Assembly (NCBI GenBank): GCA_021372675.1 | Contig: JAJFTZ010000022.1 | Location: 5,152 to 69,151, forward strand | Length of the DNA: 64,000 bases | Reading direction: 5' to 3' | Origin: Eubacteriales bacterium | GTDB lineage: Bacteria; Bacillota; Clostridia; Christensenellales; CAG-138 | In this document: positions 54,605-64,000 of the stretch, piece by piece | Layout: each line of letters begins with the position of its first letter | Position numbering within the stretch: position 1 is the first letter of the stretch | Translations under genes and position numbers: made by a program | Notes under the pieces: generated by a model | The model's input: the letters and a program-made list of their open reading frames with translations, nothing else | Told to the model about the DNA's origin: nothing | Database searches by the model: none

Positions 54605-55801
54605 ATGAAAAAGATCATCGGCATGTTGCTTGTAGTTGCAATGGTTTTCACATTTGCGGCTTGCAAAGAGACCAAGGGCACTGCCAGCGAGGATTTCCAC
54701 ATCGGTATCGTGACCGGGTCCGTCTCCCAGTCCGAGGATGATAGGCGCGGCGCCGAGGCATTCCAGAAGATGTACGGCGAAGACAGGGTCACGCTGGCCA
54801 TCTATCCCGACAACTTCACCGAGGAGCTTGAAACTACCATCCAGACGATCGTGAACCTTTCCGACGACCCCCTGATGAAGGCCATCATCGTCAACCAGGC
54901 AGTTCCCGGCACAACCGAAGCCTTCCGCAGAATTAAGGAAAAGAGGTCCGACATCCTGTGCATCGCAGGTGAAGCCCATGAGGACCTTCCCGAGATCGGC
55001 AGCGCAGCGGATCTCGTCTGCAACAACGACTTCGTTGCCCGCGGCTATCTGATCATCCGCACCGCGCACGAGCTCGGCTGCGACACCTTTGTTCACATCT
55101 CCTTCCCGCGGCACATGTCTTACGAGACGATGAGCCGCCGCGTAGCCATCATGCGTGCGGCCTGTGAAGAGTTCGGCATGAAGTTCGTGCTCGAGACCGC
55201 GCCCGACCCGACCTCCGATGTCGGCATAGCCGGCGCGCAGGCTTACATCCTTGAGAAGGTCCCCGAGTGGGTCGAACAGTATGGCAAGAACGCCGCCTAT
55301 TTCTGCACCAACGACGCGCACACCGAGCCGCTGCTCAAGCAGCTTCTCGCGTACGGCGGTTTCTTTATTGAGGCAGACCTTCCCTCCCCGCTCATGGGCT
55401 ACCCCGGCGCGCTGGGCATTGACCTGACCGCAGAGGCCGGCGACTTTGAGAAGATCCTTGCCAAGGTAGAGTCCGCTGTCGTTGAAAAGGGCGGCGCGGG
55501 CAGGTTCGGCACGTGGGCCTATTCCTACGGCTACACCGTTTCCGCGGGCCTTGCGCAGCACGCCATGAACGTCATCAACGGCGAGAGCGAGCTCAAGGAT
55601 ATCGACGATATCGCGAAGGCTTACCAAGTGTTCTCCCCGAAGGCCGAGTGGAACGGATCGAGCTACACCAACGCCGAAACCGGCGTCAAGTCCGACAACA
55701 CCTTCCTGGTCTATCAGGATACCTACATCATGGGCAACCCCGGCCACTACATGGAAGCCACCAAGGTTGAGGTCCCCGAGAAGTATTTCACCACCAAGTA
55801 A
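54605..55801 (+). CDS. DUF3798-type lipoprotein, presumed substrate-binding component of the adjacent ABC transporter
   Basis: 398 aa. Lipobox FTFAAC. N-terminal FHIGIVTGSVSQSEDD is typical of DUF3798 proteins as I recall them. SD GGGGAGG. Confidence 0.7.
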   Translation: MKKIIGMLLVVAMVFTFAACKETKGTASEDFHIGIVTGSVSQSEDDRRGAEAFQKMYGEDRVTLAIYPDNFTEELETTIQTIVNLSDDPLMKAIIVNQAVPGTTEAFRRIKEKRSDILCIAGEAHEDLPEIGSAADLVCNNDFVARGYLIIRTAHELGCDTFVHISFPRHMSYETMSRRVAIMRAACEEFGMKFVLETAPDPTSDVGIAGAQAYILEKVPEWVEQYGKNAAYFCTNDAHTEPLLKQLLAYGGFFIEADLPSPLMGYPGALGIDLTAEAGDFEKILAKVESAVVEKGGAGRFGTWAYSYGYTVSAGLAQHAMNVINGESELKDIDDIAKAYQVFSPKAEWNGSSYTNAETGVKSDNTFLVYQDTYIMGNPGHYMEATKVEVPEKYFTTK

Positions 55802-55887
55802 TTCGTCTCTGAACGGTTCTTTGCAGGGTCAGGGGGAGGTCATAATCCTCCCCCGCTTGTTTACTTGTAATATGTTGGGGTACAGCT

Positions 55888-57477
55888 ATGGTAAATAACA
55901 ATTCTCCGTTACTGGAGATGCGAAATGTCAAAAAGGACTTTTTTGGCAATCAGGTCTTGACCGATATCAACCTCACACTGCGCGAGGGCGAGGTTCTCGG
56001 CCTCGTCGGCGAAAACGGAGCCGGTAAAAGCACCCTGATGAAGATCCTTTTCGGGATGGATGTGATCAGGGAAACCGGAGGATATGAGGGAGACATTCTC
56101 ATACATGGCGAAAAGGTCGAATTCGCCACGCCCTTTGACGCGCTTGCGGCGGGCATCGGCATGGTCCACCAGGAGTTTTCCCTGATCCCCGGGTTCACGG
56201 TCACGGAAAACATACTGCTCAACCGGGAGCCGAAAAAGAAAAATGTCATTTCCGAGATCTTCGGAGAAAGACTCAATACCCTCGATTACAATGAAATGAC
56301 CGGGCGATCCGGGCAGGCCATCGAAAAGATGGGCGTCAGGATCGACGCGAATATGGTCGTGAGCGATATGCCGATAGGGCATAAGCAGTTCACGGAAATC
56401 GCGCGGGAGCTCAGCAAGGAGCAGCTCAAGCTTTTGATCCTCGATGAACCGACCGCCGTCCTCACGGAAAAGGAGGCGGAGGCGCTCATTAGCTCCATAC
56501 GGGGCATGGCGTCGAGGGGCATCGCCGTGGTCTTTATCACGCACAGATTGCATGAGATTTTGACGGTATGCGATAAGGTCGTGGTCATGCGCGACGGTTA
56601 TGTGGTCAAAAACGTTCCCGCAAAAGAAACCAACGTTGCCGAAATCTCAAAGTGGATGGTAGGCAGAAGCGTCAATGCCGGCGCCGCGGCGGACATAAAG
56701 ATCGACTCTAACGCCAAGGTCATTATGTCCATCCGCAAGCTATGGGTCGATATGCCCGGCGAGACGGTGCGCAACGTCAGCCTGGATGTTAACGAAGGGG
56801 AGATCCTTGGGATCGGGGGCCTTGCCGGGCAGGGCAAGCTCGGGATCCCCAACGGCATCATGGGGCTTTACGACGCGGGCGGTACGGTGGAATTTGAGGG
56901 GCGGGAGATCGCGCTGAACAACCCGCGGAAGTGCCTGGACGCCTCGATCGCCTTCGTTTCCGAGGATAGAAGGGGCGTGGGGCTTTTGCTTGACGAGACG
57001 CTCGAGTGGAACATCGCCTTCCCGGCCATGCAGATACAGGATAAATTCCTCAAGAAGTATTTGGGCGGCCTGATCAAGTGGAGGGATGAAAAAGCGATAC
57101 GCAAGGTGACGCAGAAATACATCGACGAGCTTATGATCAAATGCACCAGCTCTTCGCAGAAGGCCAAAGAGCTTTCCGGCGGCAATCAGCAAAAGATATG
57201 CCTTGCCAAGGCGTTTGCGCTGGAGCCTGAGTTCCTTTTTGTATCCGAACCCACGAGAGGAATCGACGTAGGCGCCAAATCCCTGGTTCTTGACGCGCTT
57301 AAGAAGCTGAACAGAGAAAAAGGGGTCACGGTCGTAATGGTTTCCTCGGAGCTCGAGGAGCTCAGGCAGACCTGCGACAGGATCGCTATCGTCTCCGGTG
57401 GCAAAATCGCCGGCATTCTGCCGGCAACCGATTCATCGGAAGATTTCGGCATGCTGATGGTGAGTCAGGTAAAGTAA
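55888..57477 (+). CDS. ABC transporter ATP-binding protein with duplicated ATPase domains (CUT2 / Bmp-type)
   Basis: 529 aa. First Walker A GENGAGKST with Walker B LLILDEPTA. The second cassette has LSGGNQQK and a degenerate P-loop. Confidence 0.9.
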   Translation: MVNNNSPLLEMRNVKKDFFGNQVLTDINLTLREGEVLGLVGENGAGKSTLMKILFGMDVIRETGGYEGDILIHGEKVEFATPFDALAAGIGMVHQEFSLIPGFTVTENILLNREPKKKNVISEIFGERLNTLDYNEMTGRSGQAIEKMGVRIDANMVVSDMPIGHKQFTEIARELSKEQLKLLILDEPTAVLTEKEAEALISSIRGMASRGIAVVFITHRLHEILTVCDKVVVMRDGYVVKNVPAKETNVAEISKWMVGRSVNAGAAADIKIDSNAKVIMSIRKLWVDMPGETVRNVSLDVNEGEILGIGGLAGQGKLGIPNGIMGLYDAGGTVEFEGREIALNNPRKCLDASIAFVSEDRRGVGLLLDETLEWNIAFPAMQIQDKFLKKYLGGLIKWRDEKAIRKVTQKYIDELMIKCTSSSQKAKELSGGNQQKICLAKAFALEPEFLFVSEPTRGIDVGAKSLVLDALKKLNREKGVTVVMVSSELEELRQTCDRIAIVSGGKIAGILPATDSSEDFGMLMVSQVK

Positions 57478-57489
57478 GAGGGGGGTAGC

Positions 57490-58569
57490 ATGGGCAAAAC
57501 AGTTTCTGAAGCATTAGAACCGATAAAAAAGAGCGGAGTCAGCGAATTCATCGACAGCTTTGGCTTGCCGAGGCTGATCATCGCCGGATTCCTCATGCTG
57601 ATGTTTATCGCGGCGCCGTTCGTGGGCGCGGATTTTACGACCCAGCTGACCAATACGATCAACCGGTTCAGTTGGAATGCAATTCTCGTACTGGCTATGG
57701 TGCCTATGATCCATTCCGGATGCGGGTTGAACTTCGGACTTCCGCTGGGCATTATTTCCGGGCTTCTCGGCGGCACGCTGTCCATTGAGCTTGGCTTTAC
57801 CGGGGTCTGGAGCTTTGTGATGGCCATCGTCATCGCAACGCCTTTTGCGTTGATCTTCGGCGCGGGTTACGGAGGGCTTTTAAACAAGATCAAGGGCGGC
57901 GAGATGATGATCGCCACGTACGTCGGGTTTTCCTCGGTCTCCTTTATGTGCATGATGTGGCTGCTGCTTCCGTACCACAGCCCCACCATGGTCTGGGGCC
58001 TGTCCGGCAAGGGGCTTCGCACCACGATCTCCTTGGAAGGCTTTTACGATAAGGTCTTGGCGAATTTCCTGCAGATCAACATCGGAAAGCTGTCGATCCC
58101 TACGGGCGCGCTTTTGCTTTTCGCCGTGCTTGCGCTTGCGATATGGGCTTTCTTACACACAAAGACCGGCACCGCCATGACGGCAGTCGGCTCGAATCCA
58201 TCCTTTGCCAAGGCGGCCGGAATCAAGATCGACAAGATGAGAATGCTTTCGGTCGTCATGTCCACCTGGCTCGCGGCGGTAGGCATCTTGGTTTACGAGC
58301 AGGGATTCGGCTTCATTCAGCTTTACATGGCTCCGTTCTTTATGGCGCTCCCCGCGGTATCGGCAATCCTGATCGGCGGCGCTTCGGTCAATAAGGCGTC
58401 CATTCCCAACGTGATCATCGGAACCTTCCTGTTTCAAGGCATCGTTACCATGACCCCGACGGTGATGAATTCCGCGATCCACATGGACATGAGCGAGGTC
58501 ATAAGGATGGTCGTATCCAACGGCATGATCATTTACGCTCTGACCAGAAAGATGGGGAGATCAAGATGA
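57490..58569 (+). CDS. ABC transporter permease
   Basis: 359 aa polytopic membrane protein, translationally coupled into the operon. Confidence 0.85.
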   Translation: MGKTVSEALEPIKKSGVSEFIDSFGLPRLIIAGFLMLMFIAAPFVGADFTTQLTNTINRFSWNAILVLAMVPMIHSGCGLNFGLPLGIISGLLGGTLSIELGFTGVWSFVMAIVIATPFALIFGAGYGGLLNKIKGGEMMIATYVGFSSVSFMCMMWLLLPYHSPTMVWGLSGKGLRTTISLEGFYDKVLANFLQINIGKLSIPTGALLLFAVLALAIWAFLHTKTGTAMTAVGSNPSFAKAAGIKIDKMRMLSVVMSTWLAAVGILVYEQGFGFIQLYMAPFFMALPAVSAILIGGASVNKASIPNVIIGTFLFQGIVTMTPTVMNSAIHMDMSEVIRMVVSNGMIIYALTRKMGRSR

Positions 58570-59699
58570 GTAAGAATAGCGGGCAAAGTTCCAATTTCGG
58601 CAAAAGCCTTAGCGGGCTCGCGCGCAATAACGTCGTGCCGCTTATGTTTGTGCTTATTTGCGCCATATGCATCCCGCTCTCCGGCTTTTCCGCGGGTTAT
58701 CTTCTGGACGAGATCATCACCAGAATGGGAAGAAACATCTTTTTGATCCTAAGCCTCCTGATCCCCATCATGGCGGGCATGGGCCTCAACTTCGGCATGA
58801 CGCTCGGCGCCATGGCCGGCGAGATAGGGCTTATCTTGGTTGCGGACTGGCAGATATGGGGTATTCCGGGCTTGGTGCTCGCCGCGATCATCTCGATCCC
58901 GCTCTCCATCGGCTTGGGCATACTTTGCGGAAACCTCCTCAACCGCGCCAAGGGCAGGGAAATGGTCACGAGCTTCATCATCAGCTACTTCATGAGCGGC
59001 CTGTACCAGTTGGTCGTCCTCTACATGATGGGGCCGATCATCCCGATCGCGCATTCCTCCATCAAGCTGCCGAGGGGCTACGGCATCCGCAACACCGTGA
59101 GCCTTCTCAATATGCGGCAGAGCATCGATAACCTGCTCGCCGTGCATATCGGCGGCGTTAAGATCCCGGTGCTGACCTTTATCATCATCGCGGCGCTGTG
59201 CCTGTTCATCGTATGGTTCAGAAAGACAAAGCTCGGGCAGGATATGAGGGCCGTCGGCCAGGATATGGATGTTGCGCGCGACGCGGGCATCGACGTGGAT
59301 AGAACGAGAATTCTCTCCATCGTCATGTCCACGGTGTTTGCGGGCCTGGGCATGGTCATTTATCTGCAAAACATCGGCAACCTGCCGACCTACAGCGCCC
59401 ATTCGCAAATCGGCATGTTCGCAATCGCGGCGCTTTTGATCGGCGGCGCGTCCGTCGACAGGGCCTCCATCGGCAACGTGTTCCTCGGCGTTATCCTGTT
59501 CCACACGATGTTTATTGTGGCGCCGAAAGCGGGCGCGGCGATCACCGGGGATTCCATGATCGGCGAATACTTCCGCGTGTTCATCTCCTATGGCGTCATC
59601 ACGGTCGCTCTTATCATGTATGAGACGAAAAAGCGCAAGGCCAAGGGCTTAGCCGGGCGGCAGCTCGAACTGGCGCAGCTGGAGGGGGATAGAAAATGA
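58566..59699 (+). CDS. ABC transporter permease
   Basis: 377 aa polytopic membrane protein. 4-nt overlap with the upstream permease gene. Confidence 0.85.
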   Translation: MSKNSGQSSNFGKSLSGLARNNVVPLMFVLICAICIPLSGFSAGYLLDEIITRMGRNIFLILSLLIPIMAGMGLNFGMTLGAMAGEIGLILVADWQIWGIPGLVLAAIISIPLSIGLGILCGNLLNRAKGREMVTSFIISYFMSGLYQLVVLYMMGPIIPIAHSSIKLPRGYGIRNTVSLLNMRQSIDNLLAVHIGGVKIPVLTFIIIAALCLFIVWFRKTKLGQDMRAVGQDMDVARDAGIDVDRTRILSIVMSTVFAGLGMVIYLQNIGNLPTYSAHSQIGMFAIAALLIGGASVDRASIGNVFLGVILFHTMFIVAPKAGAAITGDSMIGEYFRVFISYGVITVALIMYETKKRKAKGLAGRQLELAQLEGDRK

Positions 59700-60157
59700 A
59701 CGCAAAACGCAGATTCCTGTTCAGAGCGGGCGCGGTAGCGATCCTTCTTATCATTGCGGGCGCCATGTTCTTTGTGGGCCGAGGGCACACCGTATACCTC
59801 GATAACAAGGCCATTGAAATTAACGGGCAGACCTATACCGCTCCCTACAAGGTCGAGGTGAACGTAAACGGCGAACAGGTAGCGAAGCTTTACGATAAGG
59901 AGAGGGGCAAGGCGATCTGCATCGGCCCCAAATTCACCATGACCCTTGCCGTTACCAAGGATAAGGGCGGCAGTGAGGAGATCACTACGGTAACACTTCG
60001 CCTGCCGCGCAACATGGATGGCATCACTCTTAACCTGCCCGCCCTGCTGGCGGAGCTTCCCGAGGAGGCGTACCTCGCCGAATTCGTATCCGCTCCCGTC
60101 GAAACGGAGCCGGTGGAGGAAATCGTTACGGACGACTTCGGCATACCGACCGAGTGA
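59696..60157 (+). CDS. Hypothetical single-pass membrane protein coupled to the ABC operon
   Basis: 153 aa. N-terminal TM helix, a beta-rich middle and an acidic C-terminus. ATGA overlap with the permease stop. Confidence 0.55.
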   Translation: MNAKRRFLFRAGAVAILLIIAGAMFFVGRGHTVYLDNKAIEINGQTYTAPYKVEVNVNGEQVAKLYDKERGKAICIGPKFTMTLAVTKDKGGSEEITTVTLRLPRNMDGITLNLPALLAELPEEAYLAEFVSAPVETEPVEEIVTDDFGIPTE

Positions 60158-60187
60158 CGGATGCGGCAATATTCCTTAAAGAACAAA

Positions 60188-60224
60188 GGGCTGTATCGCA
60201 AGCAAGCGATACAGCCCTGCTTTT
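60188..60224. terminator. Terminator between convergent genes
   Basis: GGGCTGTATCGC / GCGATACAGCCC 12-bp stem, then TGCTTTT. Confidence 0.8.
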
Positions 60225-60238
60225 CCCGTTTCGCGCTC

Positions 60239-60895
60239 CTACGAGGTCAGCGAAACGTCACCCATCGATATTTTATCGAGGATGAACGCAACGATGGACT
60301 TGTTTAGCGCGAGGTTCACTTCAAAATCGTCGTCAATACTAAACGAGGCGGCGATGTAGTAACCCTGAAACAAGACATGAACGTCGCTGTTGTTGGTTAC
60401 ATAGAAGGCTTTGATGCCCTGCATGGTAAAATCGGAGACAATGGAGGAATAAGTCGACCTGAAATCCTCGTACGCCCATGCCGCGTCATGCCCTTTTTCG
60501 AGCTCGGACGGCGAGATCATGCCGTTCTGCGTCAAAGATAAGCAGGTGACATAGGAGTCCGTAACGTCGATGCCCTCGATAGGGATATCGTACATATAGT
60601 AGCCGCACATTTCGCCGTCCTCCGATGCCTCCGCATCGAAGGTGGCTTGCACCGGCTGGCCGACGAACGCTTCGAGTTCCGCGGCCGATAAAAGCTCCTC
60701 CAAGCTGAAAATGCGGGGCGCGGGCGTGGCTCCGGGGGGCGGGGTTTCCTTTCCCTCGGGGTTAATCTGCGGCAAAAACGAGGCCGACGGGGTGGGCGCG
60801 GCGCCGAGGCTCGAAACGCCGGGCAGCCCGGAGCCGCAGGCCGACAGCAACGCGGCGAGGGTCACGGCTAAAACGAACAAGAATCGCTTTCTCAT
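60239..60895 (-). CDS. Hypothetical lipoprotein
   Basis: Starts MRKRFLFVLAVTLAALLSACGSG (lipobox) behind GGAGGAAG, with a Pro/Thr-rich linker. No recognised family. The longer ORF to 60958 is rejected. Confidence 0.6.
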   Translation of the reverse strand: MRKRFLFVLAVTLAALLSACGSGLPGVSSLGAAPTPSASFLPQINPEGKETPPPGATPAPRIFSLEELLSAAELEAFVGQPVQATFDAEASEDGEMCGYYMYDIPIEGIDVTDSYVTCLSLTQNGMISPSELEKGHDAAWAYEDFRSTYSSIVSDFTMQGIKAFYVTNNSDVHVLFQGYYIAASFSIDDDFEVNLALNKSIVAFILDKISMGDVSLTS

Positions 60896-61071
60896 CGCTG
60901 CTTCCTCCGATATGAAATAGGGTATTAGCATGGTATCACGCCGGGGTGGAATGTTCAACCGCCTTATCGCACGGCGTTGTATCCTATGTTTGACACTCCG
61001 GAAAAAGTAGGATAAATTTGAAGTGTATTACAAAAGCCGCATACCGATTTACCGTTTGGGTGGAGGGAAGC

Positions 61072-63477
61072 ATGAACAGGAAGATTGCGATCAATTTCGA
61101 CTGGAAATACGCGCCGGATTTTGAGGAAAACTATCTCTCGTCCGCCTTTGACGACGCCGCCTTTGCGGCGGTGAACCTTCCGCACACCAACATAGAGCTC
61201 CCCTACAATAACTTCGACGAGGGGCTGTACGGATTTGAAAGCTGTTACAGAAAACAGATTTGGATCGACGAATTGGAGATAGGGGAGCAGGTGGCGGTTC
61301 AATTCGACGGTGTGGCGAACTATGCCAAGGTCTATTTGAACGGCGGCTTTGCCGGGGAGCATAAGGGCGGCTATACGCCTTTTCAGGTGGATTTGACGCC
61401 TCTCGTGAACCCGGGCGGGTATAACCTTCTGGCGGTCTACGTGGACGCCAGGGAGAGGGACGATATACCGCCCTTCGGGTTTGTGGTCGATTATCTGACC
61501 TACGGCGGCATCTATCGCGAGGTTTCGCTCCTCTATCGCAACCACATCAGGTTCGGCGAGGTGTGCGTTAAAACGATAAACGTTTTGACTCCAAAGCCGG
61601 TTTTGGACGTCGACCTTTATGCGCATAACGCTTCGGGCGCTCCCCGTACCTTACAATGCAGGTTCGATCTGTTTTTTGAAGGGGAGTGCGTTAAAACCTT
61701 CTGTAGGCCGATCGAGATGAGCGGCCGCGCGCGGGAAAAGCTGAACGTGCGCGAGGAGGTGGAGGGCATTGCTCTCTGGAGCATCGAAAAACCCAACCTG
61801 TACCACATGGAACTGAAGCTGATCGAAGAAGGCAAGACAATCGACCTTCACCGCGTCAGGTTCGGGTTTCGGCAGGCCGAATTCAGGGTGGAGGGCTTTT
61901 ACCTCAACGGGGAAAAGTTGAAGCTAAGGGGTCTCAACCGCCACCAAAGCTTCCCCTACGTCGGCTACGCCATGCCGAAAAACGTTCAGTATAAGGACGC
62001 GGAGCTATTGAAAAGAGAGCTTGGCGTGAACGCCGTAAGGGCATCGCACTACCCGCAGAGCGATCATTTTTTGGATCGGTGCGACGAGCTTGGGCTTCTT
62101 GTGCTCGACGAAATACCGGGGTGGCAGCATATCGGCGATCAAGCGTGGCAGGATTTGGCGGTACAAACTGTGGGGGAGATGATTTTAAAGGACTTCAACC
62201 ACCCCAGCGTTATCCTTTGGGGCGTGCGGATCAACGAATCGCAGGACCATGACGAGCTGTATGCGAGAACGAATGCCTTGGCAAAAGAATTGGACGATAC
62301 GAGAAGCACGGGCGGGGTGCGCTGCATCGCAAAGAGCCGTTTGCTCGAGGACGTTTATACCTACAACGATTTTCTCCATAAGGGCGATAACAGGGGCCTG
62401 CAAAAAAAGAAGCGCGTGACAAACACGAACAAGCCCTATCTTATTACCGAACATAACGGGCACATGTTCCCCACCAAGAAATTCGACGACGAGGTGCACC
62501 GCGTGGAGCATGCTTTAAGGCATTTAAACGTGCTGGAGGCCATGTATAAGGATGATAAAATCGCGGGGGCGATCGGCTGGTGCATGTTCGATTACAACAC
62601 CCATAAGGACTTCGGCAGCGGCGATAAAATCTGCTACCACGGGGTGCTGGATATGTTTCGCATCCCCAAGCACGCGGCGTACGCCTACGCTTCGCAGCAG
62701 GCGGAAACGCCCGTGATGCATGTGGCGGGCCCGCTTGCGCCGGGCGATTTTGCCGGCTCCACACTCCCCGGCGTTTACGTTTTTACAAACTGCGATTCCG
62801 TGAAGCTCTACAAAAACGGGGAATTTGTAGGAGAATTTTACCCGAGCAAAGAGCGCTATCCCCATGTGCCGTTTCCGCCCGTGATCATAGATGACTTTAT
62901 TGGCGGCCTCCTCGAGAAAAACGAAAGATTTTCTCCTTCGGACGCGCGCATCATCAAAAGAATACTTATTGAAGCCGGCAGGACGAACGGCGTTTTGGGG
63001 CTGACAGATCAGTTGAAAATGGGGTGGCTTTTCCTGAAATATAAAATGAACATGCTGGACGCGGAGGCCCTGTACGCCAAGTATTTCGGCGGCTGGGGCG
63101 CGAAGGCGACCGATTATGTGTTCGAAGGGTACCGCGGCGGACAATGCGTGATAACGCAAAGCAAGGGGCAGCTGCTTGCGCCTGCTCTGAAGATGGAAGC
63201 GGACGCCGATACTTTGACGGAGGGGGAAACCTACGACGCGGCGCGCATCGTGCTCAGGCTCGCGGATGAAAGCGGCAACGATATCGTCTACGCCAATGAC
63301 GCCGTCGCGCTGGAAGCGGAAGGCCCCATCGAGATCATCGGCCCGAGGACGATCGCTTTGATCGGCGGTTCCGTGGGATTTTGGGTCAAATCGACGGGCA
63401 AAGCGGGGGAGGGCCGTATCACGATCAAGTCCGAGCGCTTCGGGACGATCGAAAAAACGATACGCGTGATAAGGTAA
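61072..63477 (+). CDS. Glycoside hydrolase family 2 protein (beta-galactosidase / beta-glucuronidase-like)
   Basis: N-terminal sugar-binding domain (FDWKYAP..., FDGVANYAKVYLNG), TIM barrel with NAVRASHYPQ and LVLDEIPGW, and the region ITEHNGH. ATG 61072 sits behind GGTGGAGGGAAG. Confidence 0.85.
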   Translation: MNRKIAINFDWKYAPDFEENYLSSAFDDAAFAAVNLPHTNIELPYNNFDEGLYGFESCYRKQIWIDELEIGEQVAVQFDGVANYAKVYLNGGFAGEHKGGYTPFQVDLTPLVNPGGYNLLAVYVDARERDDIPPFGFVVDYLTYGGIYREVSLLYRNHIRFGEVCVKTINVLTPKPVLDVDLYAHNASGAPRTLQCRFDLFFEGECVKTFCRPIEMSGRAREKLNVREEVEGIALWSIEKPNLYHMELKLIEEGKTIDLHRVRFGFRQAEFRVEGFYLNGEKLKLRGLNRHQSFPYVGYAMPKNVQYKDAELLKRELGVNAVRASHYPQSDHFLDRCDELGLLVLDEIPGWQHIGDQAWQDLAVQTVGEMILKDFNHPSVILWGVRINESQDHDELYARTNALAKELDDTRSTGGVRCIAKSRLLEDVYTYNDFLHKGDNRGLQKKKRVTNTNKPYLITEHNGHMFPTKKFDDEVHRVEHALRHLNVLEAMYKDDKIAGAIGWCMFDYNTHKDFGSGDKICYHGVLDMFRIPKHAAYAYASQQAETPVMHVAGPLAPGDFAGSTLPGVYVFTNCDSVKLYKNGEFVGEFYPSKERYPHVPFPPVIIDDFIGGLLEKNERFSPSDARIIKRILIEAGRTNGVLGLTDQLKMGWLFLKYKMNMLDAEALYAKYFGGWGAKATDYVFEGYRGGQCVITQSKGQLLAPALKMEADADTLTEGETYDAARIVLRLADESGNDIVYANDAVALEAEGPIEIIGPRTIALIGGSVGFWVKSTGKAGEGRITIKSERFGTIEKTIRVIR

Positions 63478-63492
63478 GGGGAGGAAAAGGAA

Positions 63493-64000
63493 ATGAAGCG
63501 GGGGAAAAGGGGAATCCTGTGGCCGATTCTTTTTGCGGTGCTGACCGCCAATCTCGCGGCGTTCGGCGGCATATTGATCTTGGCGCGGCCTATTTGGTAC
63601 GGCATCGACGACTTCCTGGAGGCCGCCGCGGGCGTCGCGCTCCCGTGGGTGCTCGGCATTTTTGCGCTGACCGTGGCGCTCACGGCCTATGCGGGGTTTC
63701 TTACATACCGCTCCGCGAAAAAATACAGAGCCGGGCAGGAAAACGCTCCCGGGCTTGTTCATAAGATCGTGTTCTTTTTTGTGCTCGTCGTTTGGAACGG
63801 CATGCTGGCGCTGTTGCTGAGCCAAATGGGCACGGAAACGGGCAAGCTTCAGTTTCAGTTCCTGGAGCTTTCGGGCTGGATCCTTTTGAGCGCGCTGTTG
63901 GTGATCCTCATTTTGGTGCTGCCCTTGAGCCGCTTTTGGAAAAACGCGCGCTTTCGGTTCATCGTGTTTTTGCTGCTTCCCGCTGCGATCGTTTTTTGCA
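63493..64000 (+). CDS. Hypothetical polytopic membrane protein (3' end outside window)
   Basis: ATG 63493 sits behind GGGGAGGAAAAGG. I translated it by hand with no stop up to the window edge. Several hydrophobic helices. Not in the supplied ORF track because it has no stop. Confidence 0.55.
   Translation, partial: MKRGKRGILWPILFAVLTANLAAFGGILILARPIWYGIDDFLEAAAGVALPWVLGIFALTVALTAYAGFLTYRSAKKYRAGQENAPGLVHKIVFFFVLVVWNGMLALLLSQMGTETGKLQFQFLELSGWILLSALLVILILVLPLSRFWKNARFRFIVFLLLPAAIVFC

Noticed and set aside
54587-55747. 386-aa ORF antisense to the DUF3798 lipoprotein gene
   Set aside because: Shadow ORF. The plus strand has an SD, a lipobox and a family-typical sequence.
62524-63825. 433-aa ORF antisense to the GH2 gene and the following membrane protein gene
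   Set aside because: Shadow ORF that crosses an intergenic region, with Arg/His-rich composition.
1-64000. Search by eye for CRISPR arrays, tRNA/rRNA genes, prophage or defence-system genes, toxin-antitoxin pairs and DGR-type template/variable repeats
   Set aside because: I saw no regularly spaced direct repeats, no cloverleaf-like or rRNA-like segments, and no nuclease, helicase, reverse-transcriptase or integrase-like products. The only mobile-element trace is the IS200 remnant.

Overview
Visibly GC-rich chromosomal segment; the gene content suggests a Clostridia-type Firmicute (Etf-coupled lactate dehydrogenase genes, DapH acetylase branch of lysine synthesis behind an L-box, DUF3798 ABC system, KimA). 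About 58 protein genes are packed into metabolic and transport operons. I found no rRNA, tRNA, CRISPR array, prophage or recognisable defence genes. In order: (1) a 10-gene operon joining a GGGtGRT protein, a kinase-fold protein, a LarA-type nickel-pincer racemase, an Fe-ADH, a Liv-type ABC importer and an ALDH; (2) a LysR-linked sugar-acid island with an IdnD/IdnO-like dehydrogenase pair, a divergent LarA-like protein and an enolase-superfamily dehydratase; (3) a truncated IS200 tnpA remnant; (4) a LacI-controlled maltodextrin ABC/malQ operon; (5) a mannose-family PTS operon with an embedded SIS gene, a split IIA and an RpiR regulator; (6) lctBCD-like EtfAB plus an FAD lactate dehydrogenase; (7) a lysine-riboswitch-controlled lysC-dapA-dapB-dapH-asd operon with a divergent deacetylase; (8) a GntR-linked cluster of a GlpA-like trio, an FGGY kinase and an AGPS/YgcU-like flavoenzyme; (9) kdpDE next to a KimA-type K+ transporter, with no kdpFABC in the window; (10) a DUF3798 ABC system, a GH2 hydrolase and membrane proteins. 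The best candidates for new biology are a 71-nt module of phased direct repeats found upstream of both kdpD and kimA, an array of seven adjacent stem-loops at 47.9-48.2 kb, and the uncharacterised GGGtGRT/kinase/LarA and FGGY/AGPS-like gene associations. None is a clear-cut novel system from sequence alone. All calls rest on reading the ORF translations and the sequence by eye; no database search was run.
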